NCBI GenBank assembly: GCA_028534125.1
Contig: CM052817.1
Location: 3,350,001 to 3,414,000, forward strand
Origin: Lama glama
Lineage: Eukaryota
Length of the DNA stretch: 64,000 bases
Reading direction: 5' to 3'
Shown here: positions 60,101 to 64,000 of the stretch, in pieces
How positions within the stretch are numbered: position 1 is the first letter of the stretch
Layout of the letters: each line of letters opens with the position of its first letter
Position numbers and translations under genes: made by a program
The notes under the pieces: generated by a model
The model's database searches: none
What the model saw: only the letters and a program-made list of their open reading frames with translations
Told to the model about the DNA's origin: nothing

Positions 60101-62819
60101 GGGGAAAACAAGCTACTGAGTGACCAGCGGAGATGGGGACCCACTGCGAGCTGATGGCACCCCCACTTCCGAGACTCCCAGGGCCTGTGTACAGGTGGCT
60201 TCACGGCAGCTCAGCTCATCTGCACGTGATTACAACCCATAGCTCCCGAGCCCGTGCCGCACACAGGGAATTTCAAATTGCCAACACCGGCCTTTCACGG
60301 GGTCCAGGCTCCTCTGTGCACACAGAGATCCTAGGGCCCCAGGGAGAAGGAATAACCCAGCCTCCGACTCAACCCGTTTTTTTCCCCTCAGATAATACAT
60401 GAATAGAGCCCTACCGAGACACCAAAACCTGGAGGCTGAAGAAGGCGGAGTTCAAGACTTAAGTGTGAAATAATGAATTTATAATCTCTCCTGAGAGCCG
60501 TCAGAATGGAAACTGGCATCGCCATGGAAACCGGGGACGTGTCATGAGGTTCTCAAGGAGGATAGAGGAGGGAACTTCAGAGATGCTCCAGGTTCGAAGG
60601 ACGGGGCCCTGCCGGTCTCAGAATCTGGTGGTGGTGGGAATGCAGGCCCTGTGCCCTCAGAATCTGCAGTCGGTACACAGGTGGGCACAGCAGAAGGGTC
60701 CAGAGGATGCCATGGACCTCGGGACAAAAAGCCCGATTCTCAGCAGGAGGCACCAAGAATGTTCGGCAAACACCTGGCACTGCTCGGTGCAGGGAAGCCC
60801 TGTTCTTGCCTCCAGGAGTCCCCAGAGCTGGGAGAAAGAGGAGGAGGAGGATGCCACGAGACCCAGCAGAGGCCCCCAAGTCAGAACAAAGCCCCAAGGA
60901 GGTGCCTGGAGTGGAGATGCCAGGGAGGGGCGACAGGGTGGCCTGCGCCAGGCAGGCGGACAGAGAAAGGAGGGACAGAGACCCTGGTGATGAGCAGAGG
61001 AAGTGACAGGCCGTGTGCACCACGGCAGGGCTCGGCTCTGGATAAGGCAGGACAAAAGCGAGCAGCCGCAGGCTTCAGCCAGAAGGCGCTGGGCAAACAG
61101 AACTCAGATGACTTACCCAGAGATACACCACAGAGGACGCGCACAAGGACAGTCACGGGGGCTGCGGGACAGCACGGGGGTCGGGTAAGCAACGAACGGG
61201 CAGGAGACAGCCCGGGCATGCGGCCGCAGCCCGGCCACATCGGCCGTGCCTGCGAGCCCCGAACGGGCCACTCGAAGAGGAGTGCAGCCGCCTGGTGGTG
61301 TTGGGTGACCTTGTTTCCTTATAGGTAAAGCTTCGATAGTGTTGATGCATAATTTTTCAATAAAAAATGAGTCCACCAGGCTGCCAGGGACCCTAACTTT
61401 AAATAGCTCAGCCTCATAACAAGCCATTATCGAGGACAGCAATGACGAAGCTCCCAGACGGACCAGTCCGGCCTCTGAACCCAGACAGCCCCCTGCCTCC
61501 TCCTTGCTGGGGCCAAGCTGCACACTCAGAGCAGGCAGCTCGGGGGCCCAGCGCCCCTGCCCTCTGCCCAGGCTCACACATCAAAATAGAAGAAAGACCC
61601 TGCAGCCGCCCTAAGTGTTTCTGGACCCTTCTGGTGCCATGAATGCAGCTCTGGCTGGAGGTCGAGGCTCCCATTCCAGCTCAGACATTAGAAGCTGGCG
61701 ACCTTGAGCGAGGTGTATGCCCTTTGGGCACAGCCTCCCCCAGGCCCTTCCTGGGCATCAAAGGGGTTGATCTGAAAGGAAGACGCAGCCTGCCTGTCTG
61801 GGCCGGGCACCCAGCAGGCACCCGCCCCCCGCGTGGCCTGCTCACGCTGGCTGTGCTGAGGCTTCCCTGCATTATCCCAGCATTTCGGTTTTTATTATTG
61901 TCATCACTATCCCAATTTTATAGATGAGGAAACCAGGGCCAAGAGAGGGAGATTCACTTGCACTTAGCCAATTTCATCCTTAAAAGCTGCTTCGGGGACC
62001 AAGAGTCACCTCTTGCAAACTATCTAGGGGATACGATTTAGCCTGACATCAAGAACCAAGGGGTGGTCCTCAGTGGGGGAGACTTTTCAGGGGCTGCACC
62101 CAGGCCGGGTCAGGACCCGGCCCTGAAGGTGAGTCTGACATCTCCCCCAGGAGGCCAGGTCCCCTACACGCCCCCCCCCACCTTGTGAACAGGGGACACG
62201 TAATCCGGGGTGGGCGGTGACGGCTCACAGGCCCTTTGCAGACAGAGGGGTCCTTCAGTACTTTAGCTGCTCTCCAGTGCCCCGTAAATCTTCACGCAGC
62301 CCAGAGCAGAGCATTTAGGGCCGTAGGACGCTCCGCTGTTCAGAGGCAAAGCGGCACACGCAGCTGACACACAGCCCCGGGCGGCGTGGGAAGGCGGGCG
62401 GGCGGGGGCGTCTGTCACCAGCTTGCGCTCTGGAGCTGGGATTCGGGGGCAGGTTTGGGGCCCCGCCAAAGCCTTCATTATGCTTGGAGAGTGTTCTTTT
62501 TAAATTGTCTCTTTTTGTTTTCCCACTCCCCCAAATTTATTTAAAAATAAGCTGCGTGAAGTCAATGCACGCTTTCACAGGCCCATAATAAGCAATTTCC
62601 TAGCGAGTGTCAGAGCCAACACTGCCTCCCGAGCGCACATGCACCCGGGTCTGTCAGCGGTTTGCAGACGCTTGGCCTGAACAACCAAACCCCAAGGCCA
62701 AAAGGGCGGCAGGGGTACACACTGCACCTGGCAACCACTGTGCTCTGTTGTGCCCTGAACCCTGTTACTGTGTTAGTCACCTCCACAAAGACATTATTTT
62801 TTCATTCTCCAACGACTCT

Positions 62820-62960
62820 GCAGCATAGGTAAAATCTTTCCTATTTTACAGAAGAGGAACTTGTGGCTCAGAGAGGTTAAGGAACTTGCCCAAGGACACA
62901 CAGCTAGCAAGTCGCAGAAAAGAAACTCAAGCCCAGGCTATCAGAGCCCAGTGGTCTGTG
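62820..62960 (-). mobile_element. MIR
   Basis: cctattttacagaagaggaacttgtggctcagagaggttaaggaacttgcccaaggacacacagctagcaag. Confidence 0.85.
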
Positions 62961-63479
62961 CCTCACAGCTGTGTTTACGAATTTGCTGGTTCTCCATTCC
63001 GGCCACTGAGTTCTGGACACCCAGAAAACTGTCACCACCCCTCTCACCTGAACAGTATTCACGGTGTAGTCAGGTCATTGCAAAGTACAATAGACTATCA
63101 CCTCCCTTGCCTTAGCCCCTATACTTCTATTAATGCAGCCTGAGGTAGAAGTGTCATGGTTACCCTCCAGGGAGCTGACACTCCGTGGAGATCTTGGGGC
63201 TCTTCTAACATCCGCTGCAGCTTGGAAAGGATTACCCCCTACTCTGGGGCAGCTGGATTGGGAACCTGGATGCACAAATTACATCCTCCCTGGAAGACTG
63301 CTTCTGTGACTTTAAGTCCCTGCAGCTGGGTCAAGCTCTGCCGTTAACCTGCTCATGGACTTGAGCCAAGGTCTCCCCTCATCTCCCAGTGGCCTGGGCC
63401 ACAGCTTCCCAAACTATGAAAAGGGATTGGCAGGCTCAACCCAGTGGCTCCCCAACTGTGACTTCAATAAATGCTTCAG

Positions 63480-63605
63480 AGAATAAGTGAACAAACGAAT
63501 GAAGTAAGACTGAGGACCTGCCATGCTCCCGGCTCTGTGCTGGGGACACAGCAGTGGACCAGACAGCTCCCCGTCCCCGCAGAACAGACCATCTTGGGGG
63601 AGGTG
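63480..63605 (-). mobile_element. L2 3' remnant
   Basis: actgaggacctgccatgctcccggctctgtgctggggacacagcagtggaccagacag. Confidence 0.6.
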
Positions 63606-64000
63606 AACAACCAGCCCAGACGAGGGAGCACACAGCCCACCGATGGTGACAAAGGCTGGAGCTGCCAGGGTGAGGGGCATGGACGACGTCTCAGAGACAA
63701 GGAAGCGGAGGAGGGAAGGGCAGGAAGATAAGAAGAGCAAGACTGAAGGGAGGCTGCCCGCCTTTCCCGCCCGTCCACAGCAGGACAGGAGATGCTGAGG
63801 ACAACGGAGCAGGGATGCTCAGACGGGCCTCACCCAAGCCAGACCCTCTGCGTTTGCCTCAGGCAGAGACTTGCGTGCCTGTGCTGATGGACGTCACGGT
63901 GACAAACGAGACCCAGGGACAGAGAGCCCACTTCCTGTACCTGTCGACGGCAAGCCACACTGACAGCCCCGGGCATGCTTTGTCTGATGGCGGGGGAGAG

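Larger units (their letters stand above)
1..64000 (-). other. SORCS2: SORCS2 gene body: upstream intron (38376 to window end) and downstream intron (window start to 38307, hosting PSAPL1)
   Basis: Inferred from the single internal exon plus the known nesting of PSAPL1 in SORCS2. No other SORCS2 exon was recognised in the window. Confidence 0.8.

Noticed and set aside
55..63778. Hundreds of 60-276 aa ORFs in the six-frame track
   Set aside because: Pro/Gly/Ala/Arg/Ser-rich translations typical of stop-poor GC-rich non-coding DNA. Many start at non-ATG codons and none resembles a protein family I know.

Overview
GC-rich mammalian genomic DNA, probably from a camelid: the tRNA-derived SINE at ~46.5 kb and the L1 3' ends resemble camel/alpaca elements as I recall them (not searched). 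The window lies inside SORCS2 (VPS10-domain receptor, minus strand). Only one 68-nt coding exon is present (38308-38375, VILILTKYYHADMGKVLESSLWR, probably exon 2), and the ORF track misses it. An intact single-exon PSAPL1 gene (CDS 12811-14403, 530 aa) is nested antisense in the intron, with a TATA/GC-box/AP-1 promoter. The rest is intronic: MLT1 LTRs, a solo ERV LTR with target-site duplication, L1/L2/MIR remnants, hAT MITEs and simple repeats. Almost all other listed ORFs are chance ORFs in GC-rich DNA. I see no wholly new biological system. The best leads are an apparent C-terminal frameshift extension of PSAPL1, a duplicated ~180-bp block with a 103-bp identical core, a minisatellite grown inside a MER63-like MITE, and a prosaposin paralogue nested in a sortilin-family receptor gene. 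Repeat family names come from memory of consensus sequences and need Dfam/RepeatMasker confirmation.
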